Notes under the pieces: model-generated
Databases searched by the model: none
The model's input: only the letters and a program-made list of their open reading frames with translations
What the model was told of the DNA's origin: nothing
Assembly (NCBI RefSeq): GCF_006345805.1
Contig: NW_021832026.1
Coordinates: 1-33,625, forward strand
Direction of reading: 5' to 3'
Source: Octopus sinensis
Lineage: Eukaryota
Length of the DNA stretch: 33,625 bases
Program-made: the position numbers and the translations under genes
Shown here: positions 23,782-33,625 of the stretch, piece by piece
Numbering within the stretch: the first letter of the stretch is position 1
Layout of the letters: every line of letters begins with the position of its first letter

Positions 23782-24094
23782 ATGTGTGTGTGCATGTGTG
23801 TGCGTGTGTGTGTATGTGTGTGTGCGTACATATATGTATGATACACATATATGTATAATTCTTTCACACAAGCTGTTCAACGTATAGACTTCTCCACTTC
23901 CAACAATTTAAAATCCAATATTTATTCTACCAGTCTTTGCCGAACCGCGCTACAAGCCATCACTGGTTGTCAAGTAGCATGGGGACAAACGCACGCACGC
24001 ACACACAACATATATACACACAAACACATACACACACACACACACACGCACACACACACACGCTCGTTCGCATATGTATATATAGCTGCCGCAC

Positions 24095-24480
24095 TGTTAT
24101 TTCTTTATTGCCCACAAGGGGCAAAACATAGAGGAAACAAACAAGGACAGACAAAGAGATGAAGTCGATTACATCGACCCCATTGCATAACTGGTACTTA
24201 ATTTATCGATCCCGAAAGGATGAAAGACAAAGTCGACCTCGGCGGAAATTGAACTCAGAACGTAAAGACAGACGAAATACCTATTTCTTTACTACCCACA
24301 AGAGGCTAAACACAGAGGGGACAAACAAGGACAGACAAACGGATTAAGTCTATTATATCGACCCCAGTGCGTAACTGGTACTTATTTAATCGACCCCGAA
24401 AGAATGAAAGGCAAAGTCGACCATGGCGGAATTTGAACTCAGTACGTAACGGCAGACGAAATACCTCTAAGCATTTCGCC
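24095..24480 (-). mobile_element. Two tandem SINE family B copies
   Basis: TCGACCCC..AACTGGTACTTA..ATCGA(T/C)CCCGAAAG..AAAGTCGACC..GGCGGAA..TGAACTCAG occurs twice. Confidence 0.9.
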
Positions 24481-24532
24481 TGGGGTGTTTCTATCTACCA
24501 AGTTCTGTTTCTATCTACTGTTTCTATCTCTT

Positions 24533-24962
24533 TTACTCTTTTACTTGTTTCAGTCATTTGACTGTGGCAATGCTGGGAGCACCGCCTTTAGTCGAGCAAA
24601 TCGACCCCAGGACTTATTCTCTGTAAGCCTAGTACTTATTCTATCGGTCTCTTTTGCCGAACCGCTAAGTTGCGGAGACGTAAACACACCACCATCGGTT
24701 GTCAAGCCACGTTGGGGGGATAAACGCAGACACACAAACACACACACACATACACAAATACAGACACACAAACATACACACACACATATACATATATACG
24801 ATGGGCTTCTTTCAGTTTCCGTCTACCAAATCCACTCATAAGGCTTTGGTCGGCCCGAGGCTATAGTAGAAGACACTTGCCCAAGGTGCCACGCAGTGGG
24901 ACTGAACCCGGAACCATGTGGTTGGTAAGCAAGCCACTTACCACACAGCCGCTCCTACACCT
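24533..24962 (-). mobile_element. SINE family A, full length, well preserved (an extra partial head lies at ~24995-25100)
   Basis: Near-consensus reverse complement of family A. Confidence 0.92.
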
Positions 24963-25734
24963 ATCTACCAAGTCCGCACTGTTCCTATCTACCAAGTTCA
25001 CTCGCAGGGTATAAGACGGCTCGGGGCTATAGTAGAAGGCACTTGCTCAAGTTCCACGCAGTGGGACTGAAACCAAAACCACGTTATTGCTGAGCGAGTT
25101 TCTTGTCTCAGCCTATAGAAAAAATAGTCATTAGATCCGCAAATAATCCAACCTAAGGTGGGATTACTTGAGTGTGTAATAGCTGGTGGCCCACCTGCTA
25201 TCAGCCACGCGACCATTCAACAAGTTCTTCAGAAACACGTATGTGTGTGCGTGTGCGTGTGTGTATGTGTGGCGGTGGTTACAGGATAATGAAACGAGAG
25301 AAAGAAAAGCACACAGAAGAATATTAATAATAATAATAAAATAAGGGGAGAGGAGAGGAGAGAAAAGAAGAGCGCAATAACTGTTTGACCTGGATGATTA
25401 ATCAAAAACCAGCTGGTTTAGGGGATGGAAAACTTCCTTTGTTCACTAAAGGTATTAAGTGTTTTTACTTCTGCAAGCCGTTGCCATTCACGACTGGGGA
25501 ACTAATACATGCTTGCAATATATACATTCATAATTACACAGCCTGCCCCCCAACAGAGAGCAAGAGAGAGAGAGGGGCGAAAGTTGTGGAGAGGGAGGGA
25601 GAGTTGTGGAGGGCGACAAAGAGTGGTGAGAGAAAAGGAGAGTCTATAAATCTATGTCAAAGCAGGAAAAACGCGTGCATCGGCAAAATAAGCGCTACAT
25701 ATTGTAAGCTCTCTCTCACTCTCTCTCGGTCACT

Positions 25735-25743
25735 ATCTATCTA

Positions 25744-25810
<67 letters not shown>

Positions 25811-25873
25811 GTCTGTCTGTCAGTCTATCTATCTGTCTGTCTATCAATCATCTATCTATCTATCTATCTATCT

Positions 25874-25912
<39 letters not shown>

Positions 25913-26004
25913 GTCTATCAATAATCTATCTATCTATCTGTCTGTCTATCAATCATCTATCTGTCTGTCTATCAATCATCTATCTATCTATCTATCTATC
26001 TATC

Positions 26005-26057
<53 letters not shown>

Positions 26058-26205
26058 CCTATCTACCTATCTATCTGTATGTCTACCTGTCTATCTGTCT
26101 ATCTATCTACCTGTCTACCTACCTGTCTAACTGTCTGTCTGTCTGTCTACCTGTCTAACTTTCTGTCTGTCTGTCTACCTGTCTACCTACTTGTCTACCT
26201 GTCTG

Positions 26206-26272
<67 letters not shown>

Positions 26273-26273
26273 C
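25735..26273. repeat. Compound (TATC)n/(TGTC)n/(TACC)n microsatellite
   Basis: Direct reading of the sequence. Confidence 0.95.
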
Positions 26274-26951
26274 CACATCTCTGAGCCTCTATCTCTGACG
26301 CACACATGCACGCGCATACCTTTATACACACAGGTAAAGGCTGATCTCACACGTGGCATTGTTATCATTTATGACGTCCTGCCTGTAGGCCCTGTGGCAC
26401 GTGGCAGAACCAGCTTGCTGCGGTTTTAACGCGTACCTTCACGTTAGCGCCTGCCATTGTTAAGTTACCGACTCGCTCCATACATTTCTTTGTTGACAGT
26501 CGAGCTTCTTTACCCCCTTTCTCTATCTCACTACCTCTTTCTGTATACACATAGATATATATATGACTGCGTGTGAGAGTGAGTAGATAGCTAGGCAGAT
26601 ATAGATAGATAAGATAGATAGATAGATAGATAATAGATACCACTCTGTCTTTCCCAGTCTTTCATAGCCTCTTTGTTAAATTGTTCTGTCATTCAGTTCA
26701 AGTACATGCAAATACCCTTCCTACCTTCTTCCCCCACTTCCTTCCTTCTTCCTTCCTTCCTTACTTACTTTCCGTCTTACTTTTCCCGCCATCTCACTGT
26801 TTTTCTTTTCTTCTTTCTTTACCTCTTGCGTCTGCACAACACTCCCGCTCTTTCCTTATCAATCTCCTTTCTACATATCGACATCTTTCTAAATCGTCAT
26901 ATCTCCTCCCATATTATATGTATATTAGTCTACTTGGCTCTCTGCCTGTCT

Positions 26952-27183
26952 GGCGAGCTTGGCAGAAACGTTAGCACGCCGGGCGAGCGAAATGCGTAGC
27001 CGTATTTCGTCTGCCGTTACGTTCTGAGTTCAAATTCCGCTGAGGTTGACTTTGCCTTTCATCCTTTCGTGGTCGATTAAATAAGTACCAATTTCGCACT
27101 GGTGTCGATCTAATCGACTTAATCCGTTTGTCTGTCCTTGTTTGTCCCCTCTGTGTTTAGCCCCTTGTGGGCAGTAAAGAAAT
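26952..27183 (+). mobile_element. SINE family B, full length
   Basis: GGCGAGCTTGGCAGAAACGTTAGCACGCCGGGCG..GAGTTCAAATTCC..GCCTTTCATCCTTTCGTGGTCGATTAAATAAGTACC..GTAAAGAAAT. Confidence 0.92.
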
Positions 27184-27254
27184 GTATCTGAACACCTACC
27201 CTCTCATACCTTATACACACACACACACAACAACAGCATCATTTTCTTCTTCTG

Positions 27255-27450
27255 TTTCTTTTACTTGTTTCAGTCATTTGACTGCGGCCATGCTGGAGCT
27301 CCGCCTTTAATCGAACAAATCGACCCCGGGATTTATTCTTTCTAAGCCTAGTACTTATTCTATCGGTCTGTTTTGCTAAACCGATAGGTTATAGGGACAC
27401 AAACTCGCCAACATCGGTTGCCAAGCGATTGTGTGAGGACAAACAAGACA
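27255..27450 (-). mobile_element. SINE family A, 3' half
   Basis: TTTTACTTGTTTCAGTCATTTGACTGCGGCCATGCTGGAGC..AGCCTAGTACTTATTCTATCGGTC. Confidence 0.88.
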
Positions 27451-27451
27451 C

Positions 27452-27489
<38 letters not shown>

Positions 27490-27492
<3 letters not shown>

Positions 27493-28168
27493 TATCGCCA
27501 TACTAATATGGCATTCTTATAAAAATAAGAATAAGCGGTCCGCTTATTAGCTCCATGAGGCCATCGCCTTAAGTTAGCTATTTGATACACAACTGTATCC
27601 ATATAACCTTCGAACAAGGGAGGTCAGTCGCTCCACACTACTTGAACGCAGCTACAGACGCGTTTCGGGGTATTGCCCTTTTCAATGCAGCGTACCAGCC
27701 AGTAGGTTGTCGCTTCCGACAATCTCTGTTCGATGGTTTTATTTACCTAGTTCGGTGGAATACATCCACTTGTTTTTCAATAATAGAAATATTAAAATTT
27801 TAATATTTCTATTATTGAAAACAAGTGGATGTATTCCACCGAAACTAGGTAAATAAAACCATCGAACAGAGATTGTCGGAAGCGACCTACTGGCTGGCTA
27901 CGCTGCATTGAAAAGGGGCAATACCCCGAAACGCGTCTGTAGCTGCCGGTCAAGTAGTGTGGAGCGACTGACCTCCCTTGTTCGAAGGTTATATGGATAC
28001 AGTTTGTGTATCAAATAGCTAACTTAAGGCGATGGCCTCATGAGCTAATAAGCGGACAGCTTTATTCTTATTTTTATAAGAATGCCATATTAGTATGGCG
28101 ATAACTATATTTTCGGGACGCTGCCGCTGTTCTCTTTTAGAGAGACTTAGTAATTTTAATATTTCTAT

Positions 28169-28170
<2 letters not shown>
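27490..28170. mobile_element. Palindromic HHR-bearing element (Penelope pLTR or retrozyme-like): 308/309-bp arms, no spacer, plus a 64-bp extension
   Basis: 27490-27797 is the reverse complement of 27798-28106 (centre AAAA|TTTT). 28152-28170 directly repeats 27796-27814, giving a 356-nt unit. Flanked by (TA)n on both sides. Confidence 0.9.
27902..27943 (+). ncRNA. Minimal type I hammerhead ribozyme with a U3:A8 covariant core (mirror copy at 27651-27691, minus strand)
   Basis: GCTGCA TTGAAAA GGGG-CAATA-CCCC GAA ACGCGT C TGTAGC. 6-bp helix I (one G.U), 4-bp G-C helix II, palindromic helix III, GUC triplet, predicted cut 27937/27938. Confidence 0.8.
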
Positions 28171-28256
<86 letters not shown>

Positions 28257-28257
28257 A

Positions 28258-28485
28258 GGCGGTGAGCTGGCAGAAATGTTAGTGCGCCGGCGAAATGCTT
28301 GGCGGTATTTCGTCTATCGTTACGTTCCGAGTTCAAATTCCGCCGAGGTCGACTTTGCCTCTCATCCTCACGGAGTCGATAAATAAAGTACCAGTTTCGT
28401 ACTGGGTCGATGTCATCGACTTAATCCGTTTGTCTGTCCTTGTTTGTCCTCTCTATGTTTAGCCCCTTGTGGGTAGTAAAGAAAT
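28258..28485 (+). mobile_element. SINE family B, full length
   Basis: GGCGGTGAGCTGGCAGAAATG through GTAAAGAAAT. Confidence 0.92.
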
Positions 28486-28502
28486 GTTATATATATATAT
28501 AT

Positions 28503-28880
28503 AAGACGGGCTTCTTTCAGTTTCCGTCTACCAAATCCACTCACAAGGCTTCGGTCGGTCCGAGGCTATAGTAGTAGACACTTGTCCAAGTTGCCACACA
28601 GTGGGACTGAACCTGGAACCATGTGGTTAGAAAGCAAGCTTCTTCCCACACATCCATCCTTCGCCTACATATATTTCTTTCTAATTTTGACATGGGTTCG
28701 GCAGTTTTGATGAAAGTCGATTACGTCACCCTCAGGACTTGACCGATACTTATCTTATCGACCCCGAAAAGAGGAAAGGTAAAGTCGACTTCGGCGGCAT
28801 TCGAACTCAAACCGTAAAGAGCTGGAAGAAATGGCGCGAAGCATATTTTCCGGTGTTCTAACGATTCTGTCTGCTCCACC
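28503..28880 (-). mobile_element. SINE family A 5' half (28503-~28665) plus SINE family B (~28710-28880)
   Basis: Reverse-complement matches to both family consensuses. Confidence 0.85.
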
Positions 28881-28915
28881 CCCTTGCTATTATTGTATAT
28901 GCATATAATTCCCTT

Positions 28916-28950
<35 letters not shown>

Positions 28951-29382
28951 ATCCCCCCCACATCCTTCCTCTCCACCCCCCTCTCTCTTATTGTCTCAAT
29001 ACCTGTCTTTATTTACCAGCTGTCGAATCCGCTATGTTTGCAGGCAGGTGTCACTGAAGAGGGATGAATGAGAGGACAGTGTGCGGAACACACTGCTTGC
29101 CCTCCAACTTCCAGCCTAGCGGACTCCTCTGTCTAGAAGTCTTTAAGCAGACTATCTTGTCTACGCCTGTGTTGAGTGGGGTTTCTGTTATGATCTGCAA
29201 TTAAAAGTAGGTCGGCATTAAAGGATTGTTTTTCATCTCTATGGTAGTTGACATACACTAAATACATAAATCATATATGAGTGCTTGCATTTGTATGTGT
29301 ATGTACGCATGTGTTTGCGCGCGCGTAACCATTATATATAACATATTCATACACACACATGTATGTATATATATCTATATAC

Positions 29383-29438
<56 letters not shown>

Positions 29439-30288
29439 TAATGAGTATGTATGTATGTATACTTACACACACACACACATACAAATAATTATATAACAAA
29501 CGTTATATAATAACGTGTCAGTGCATTACAGCTGTTTCTAACGCATTTTAATAGTTGAATGAGTACAAAACATCATAGCAAAAAAAAAAAGAAGTTTTTA
29601 TCAGATGATACATAAAATTTCAAACAATAGAAAAACACTCCATGAACACACGTAGACTTCAGAAACAGCTGTAAGCTGACATTTGTCCATCTTTTATTAT
29701 TTATTTATTTGCTTAGAATACGGCAAAAGAGATTCGGGACCCGTAGAATATCAAACACCACGTAACCAACATAACGTGCGCTTCGGACCAGCCCGTAGAC
29801 GTTAAATACTCGTAAGGGTTGAATTTTCTGTATACGAAATCACAATAATTTCAGTGCTATAATTAGCAAAATAGAAACCGGTTGACAAACACAATACTAT
29901 TTCACTTATAAAATATCTCAAAAATTATATTAAAACTATGTAAATTGTGTGCATTTTCCTTCTTTTATTTTATGTATATATATTTTGCATTACAACAACC
30001 ACGTGGGGATAATGTAAATTTTCCTCCTCCCTTTTTTACTCTATATATAATCTTCACGTTACTCAGAACCTGCTATTATATGTGGAGTCCATTAAGTGCA
30101 GTACAATTGGTGCAGTGCGTGTTAGTTAATAAAACTTTGAGACTCATAACATAGTTGGATGCAATTTATTGTTCATATAGCTGCGCTTCGGTATGTAGGT
30201 ATTCGCTTCTGTGATTTTGGAATATAAACGATTTTTTTTGTTACCCAACCCAGTGCTGTACCATTTAAGTTTTACTTGAATCCTGAAT

Positions 30289-30379
<91 letters not shown>

Positions 30380-31789
30380 TGGTTATTATGGTAGTTTTGA
30401 CTTTAAGAGTCCCTCCTAGCGTGAGGTATTTATGTATAGTAAGCCCTTAATATAAATAAATATATTTATAGGGAATAATTAATAAATTTTTCCCTAATGA
30501 GATTTTTCCGGCGAACTACTTGATAAATTCTTATAAAGATTTTATCCTATATTTAAATTATATATATATGCGACGGGCTTCTTTCAGTTTCCATGTACCA
30601 AATCCACTCACAATGCCCAAAACTATAGTAGAAGACACTTGACCAAGGCGCCACGCAAGTGGGACTGAACAGAGACGGAACGGTGTGCTTGAGAAACTCA
30701 ACCACGACAACGGTTGTTTTTCATTTTTCTTTCTTAAATTGAACTACTATTAATATGATACAATGAAATTCTCATCCATGAATTGATACATACTTACGTA
30801 TTCCGAATCTATAATCATTTCCGTTACGAAGAAATGATAGTCAACCATCAAGATATGTGTTCAGTTGTTAAACGTGTTCTTTTGTCATTACTACATGAAG
30901 TAAGATCTTTATATAAAGAAGGTACTGAAACTGTATTCACAATTTGCTCAACTTTCCTTGTTGTTCCCGCGGTGGAAGGCCTTTCACTTACACGTTTCTT
31001 TTCATAGTCGCAAGAATGATATATATCATTTTCGAATTTTAAGATTTTCTTTTATTCGACATTATTTCATCTCGAATTCAAAGACACCGAATTCTTTAAT
31101 ATTTCTTGATGTAGAACACCGTTCCTTGGGGGTTGCTGTAAGATTTTGTTAGAATTCATGTGCAATGAAATCTATTATACTCCTACAATACTCAATACTT
31201 TTAGTTTATATTTCATTATTTCGGAGTCAAGACCTCTTTTTTAGAAAATATTCGGAGGAATGGTGTTTAGAACTGACTTATCTCTCCTGTAGTATTTGTA
31301 TATTTTCTTTATCTTGGTAGCCATTTAAACTTTCCATTTTCTTCAAACTCGGTGCATTGGAAACATCATTTACTTATTACCTCCGCCTTGGCAGAACAGG
31401 AAAAGAGAAAACAAATAAGAAATGGAAAATTTCGATGGAATTTTGTGACGTACGCAAAGAGCAAAGAAACTTAAAGAATGTATTAAAGTTTAAACATATT
31501 ATAAGAGTAAAGTTACCCACGGATGTGTATTCCGAGAATGTGAAGGCCATCGTGATTGGCAAGGATACCTACAACAGACTAAAAGACGTGTGGAGAAGGG
31601 ATTGACCCGCCAGGAGTGATGATAGAGTTTGATAAATTGCCACAAGTAGTGGAACTAAAAGATTTATTTCTTTAAAAGATTGCAAGTACTTTTCTAATTG
31701 ATTCCATTCTTAACCCTCTCAGAACTGGGCCACTGTGGCTAATTTTACCCTCCATCTAGGCTCCCGAGCAGAAAAAATAGTTACATATG

Positions 31790-32400
31790 CATAGACACAT
31801 ATGTGGTAAGTAGTTTGCTTACCAGCCACATGGTTCTGGGTTCATGGCACATTGGACAAATGTCTTCTACTATAGCCTCGGGCTAACCAAAGTCTTGTGG
31901 GTGGATTTGGTAGACGGAAACTGAAAGAAGACCGATTGATCGCTAGCCACTACACATTCTTTATTTTCTCTCCTCCCTTTCTTTCTGCGTTCCTTTCTGT
32001 GGAAGAGCGTAGGTTCGAAACATTAAAGACCTTTTCGCTAACCCGAGCGTTATACTATTACATATGTTTGTTATCTACACCACCTGTCTTCGTCTTTATA
32101 TATGTGTGTGTGTGTGTGTGTGTCTGTGTGTCTGTGTGTTTGTGTGTGTGTGTGTATGTATATATAGATATATATGTATATATATATGTATGTGTATACA
32201 TATATGTTTGTGTGTCTGAGTTTGTCCCCCAATATCGCTTGACAACCGATGCTTGTGTGTTTACATTCCCGTCACATAGCGGTTCTCAAAAGAGGCCGAT
32301 AGGATAGGTATTAGTCTTACAACGGATAAGTTTTGGGGTCGACTAAATGCGGTGCTTCAGCATGACCGCTATCAAATGACTGAAATAAGTAAAAGAATAT
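31790..32400 (+). mobile_element. SINE family A split by a pLTR-like HHR repeat (~31945-32100) and microsatellite
   Basis: SINE head to GAAACTGAAAGAAG at ~31930. The SINE tail resumes at ~32215 (TTTGTCCCCCAATATCGCTTGACAACCG). Confidence 0.85.
31993..32028 (+). ncRNA. Degenerate minimal hammerhead-like motif
   Basis: CTTT CTGTGGA A GAGC-GTAG-GTTC GAA ACAT T AAAG. Helices I and II are intact. A6>U in the core, and helix III ACAT is probably CpG-decayed ACGT. Confidence 0.55.
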
Positions 32401-32918
32401 GGCTCAAGAATAAACGATTGCAGGCGAACTAATGAGCTGAATCGGCTGCATCGTCTGCATGTGTTGTTCATTATCTCTTTACCGGGGCGTGACAGGGTGA
32501 ATATGGTGTTTCGTGCAAGCACAATATTTATGAATGGACTTCATGGATTCTTTGTAAGGACAAGCAAAGAACAGATCTTCTTATTGTACGAATATGTCAC
32601 TATATTTGTATCAGAATGTAGAGCAGCACGTAGACTAATGTCTGAAAAAAACTAGGAAAAAGATTCATTTAAAGTGCTATGCTGAAAGTATTGTAGGAAG
32701 TGGGAGGAGGGTATGATAAATATATTCAATAATGAAATAATTCTCAATAGAGAAACAGTTACGAAGACAGTTATTATTTTATGATGTTAACCTGCTGAAC
32801 TAAATTCAATATATTTAGGGGAAAATCAAAACGTTTCCAAAATGAAATTGTTCCAAGTTAGAATGGCGCCACATTTCTTTACATAAAACTAAATTTACGA
32901 TGAATGTTGTATAAGCTA

Positions 32919-33625
32919 GAGCGTCGAGCTGGCAGAAACGTTAGCATGCTGGGCAAGATGCGTAGCAGTATTTCTTCTGTCTCTATGTTCTCAGTTCAAA
33001 TCCCGCCGAGGTCGACTTTGGGACCCTCCCCCCAAATTTCGGGCCTTGTGCCTAGAGTACAAAAGAATGTTGTATACGCTGCATTATCCTTTCTGATATA
33101 GGTACAAGGCTTGATATTTGGAGGAGGAGTAAGTCGAATACATTGACACCAGTATGTAACTGGTATTTAATTCATCGACACCCCAAAAGGGTGAAAGACA
33201 AAGTCGACCTCGGCGGGATTTGAACTCAAAAAGCTAAGAACGGACGAAATACCACGGAGCACTTTGCCCGGCATGCTAACGATTCTTTTCTACTCTAGGC
33301 ACAAAGCTCGATATCTTGGGGAGGGGGCCAGTTGATTAGATCGACCCCAGTATGTAACTAGTAATTAATTTATCGATGAAAAGCAAAGTCGACCTTGGCG
33401 GAATTTGAACTCAGGACATAAAGACAGACAAAATACCTATTTCTTTATTACCCACAAGAGGCTAACACAGAGAGGACCATCAAGGAGCGACGAACGGATT
33501 AAGACGATTCCATCGACCCCAGTGTGTAACTGGTGCTTAATTTATCGACCACGAAAGGATGGAAGGCAAAGTCGACCTCGGCGGAATTTGAACTCAGAAC
33601 GTAGCGGCAGACAAATATCCTATTT
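32919..33625. mobile_element. Cluster of SINE family B copies (one plus-strand head, about three minus-strand copies; truncated by the window end)
   Basis: Repeated AAAGTCGACC(T/C)(C/T)GGCGG(A/G)ATTTGAACTCA and TCGACCCCAGT..AACT(G/A)GT modules. Confidence 0.88.

Noticed and set aside
8556-29060. Other CTGANGA matches (8556, 15262, 17954, 19636, 29054)
   Set aside because: None has a helix II followed by GAAA and a closing helix I. Several lie inside mariner or LINE coding remnants.
31710-31730. TTAA-CCCT as a piggyBac end
   Set aside because: No matching opposite terminus or transposase remnant was found.
1-33625. CRISPR array, prokaryotic operon or rRNA
   Set aside because: There are no regularly spaced repeats with unique spacers and no rRNA similarity. 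The sequence is clearly eukaryotic repeat DNA.

Overview
A repeat-saturated eukaryotic intronic or intergenic window. The SINE families and the (TA)n/(TG)n/(TATC)n/(CAT)n load point to an octopus or other coleoid cephalopod (inference). I found no intact host protein-coding gene; nearly all listed ORFs are translations of microsatellites. Supported content: about 20 tRNA-derived SINE copies of three families, three non-autonomous Helitrons, an 807-bp mariner derivative built from two 5' ends, a second mariner 3' remnant, a decayed CR1/L2-group LINE RT fragment and a decayed L1/Tx1 ORF2 C-terminus. The most notable signal is about ten hand-foldable minimal type I hammerhead ribozyme (HHR) motifs in at least five unrelated short repeat families, probably Penelope-like pseudo-LTRs or retrozymes. 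Several carry non-canonical cores (U3:A8, C4, U6, a 1-nt insert beside helix II, NUU cleavage triplets). Two families sit in zero-spacer palindromes (about 103-bp and 308-bp arms), and one shows a 356-nt unit with a 19-nt terminal redundancy. All folds were done by eye and catalytic activity is untested. SINE and microsatellite boundaries are approximate.
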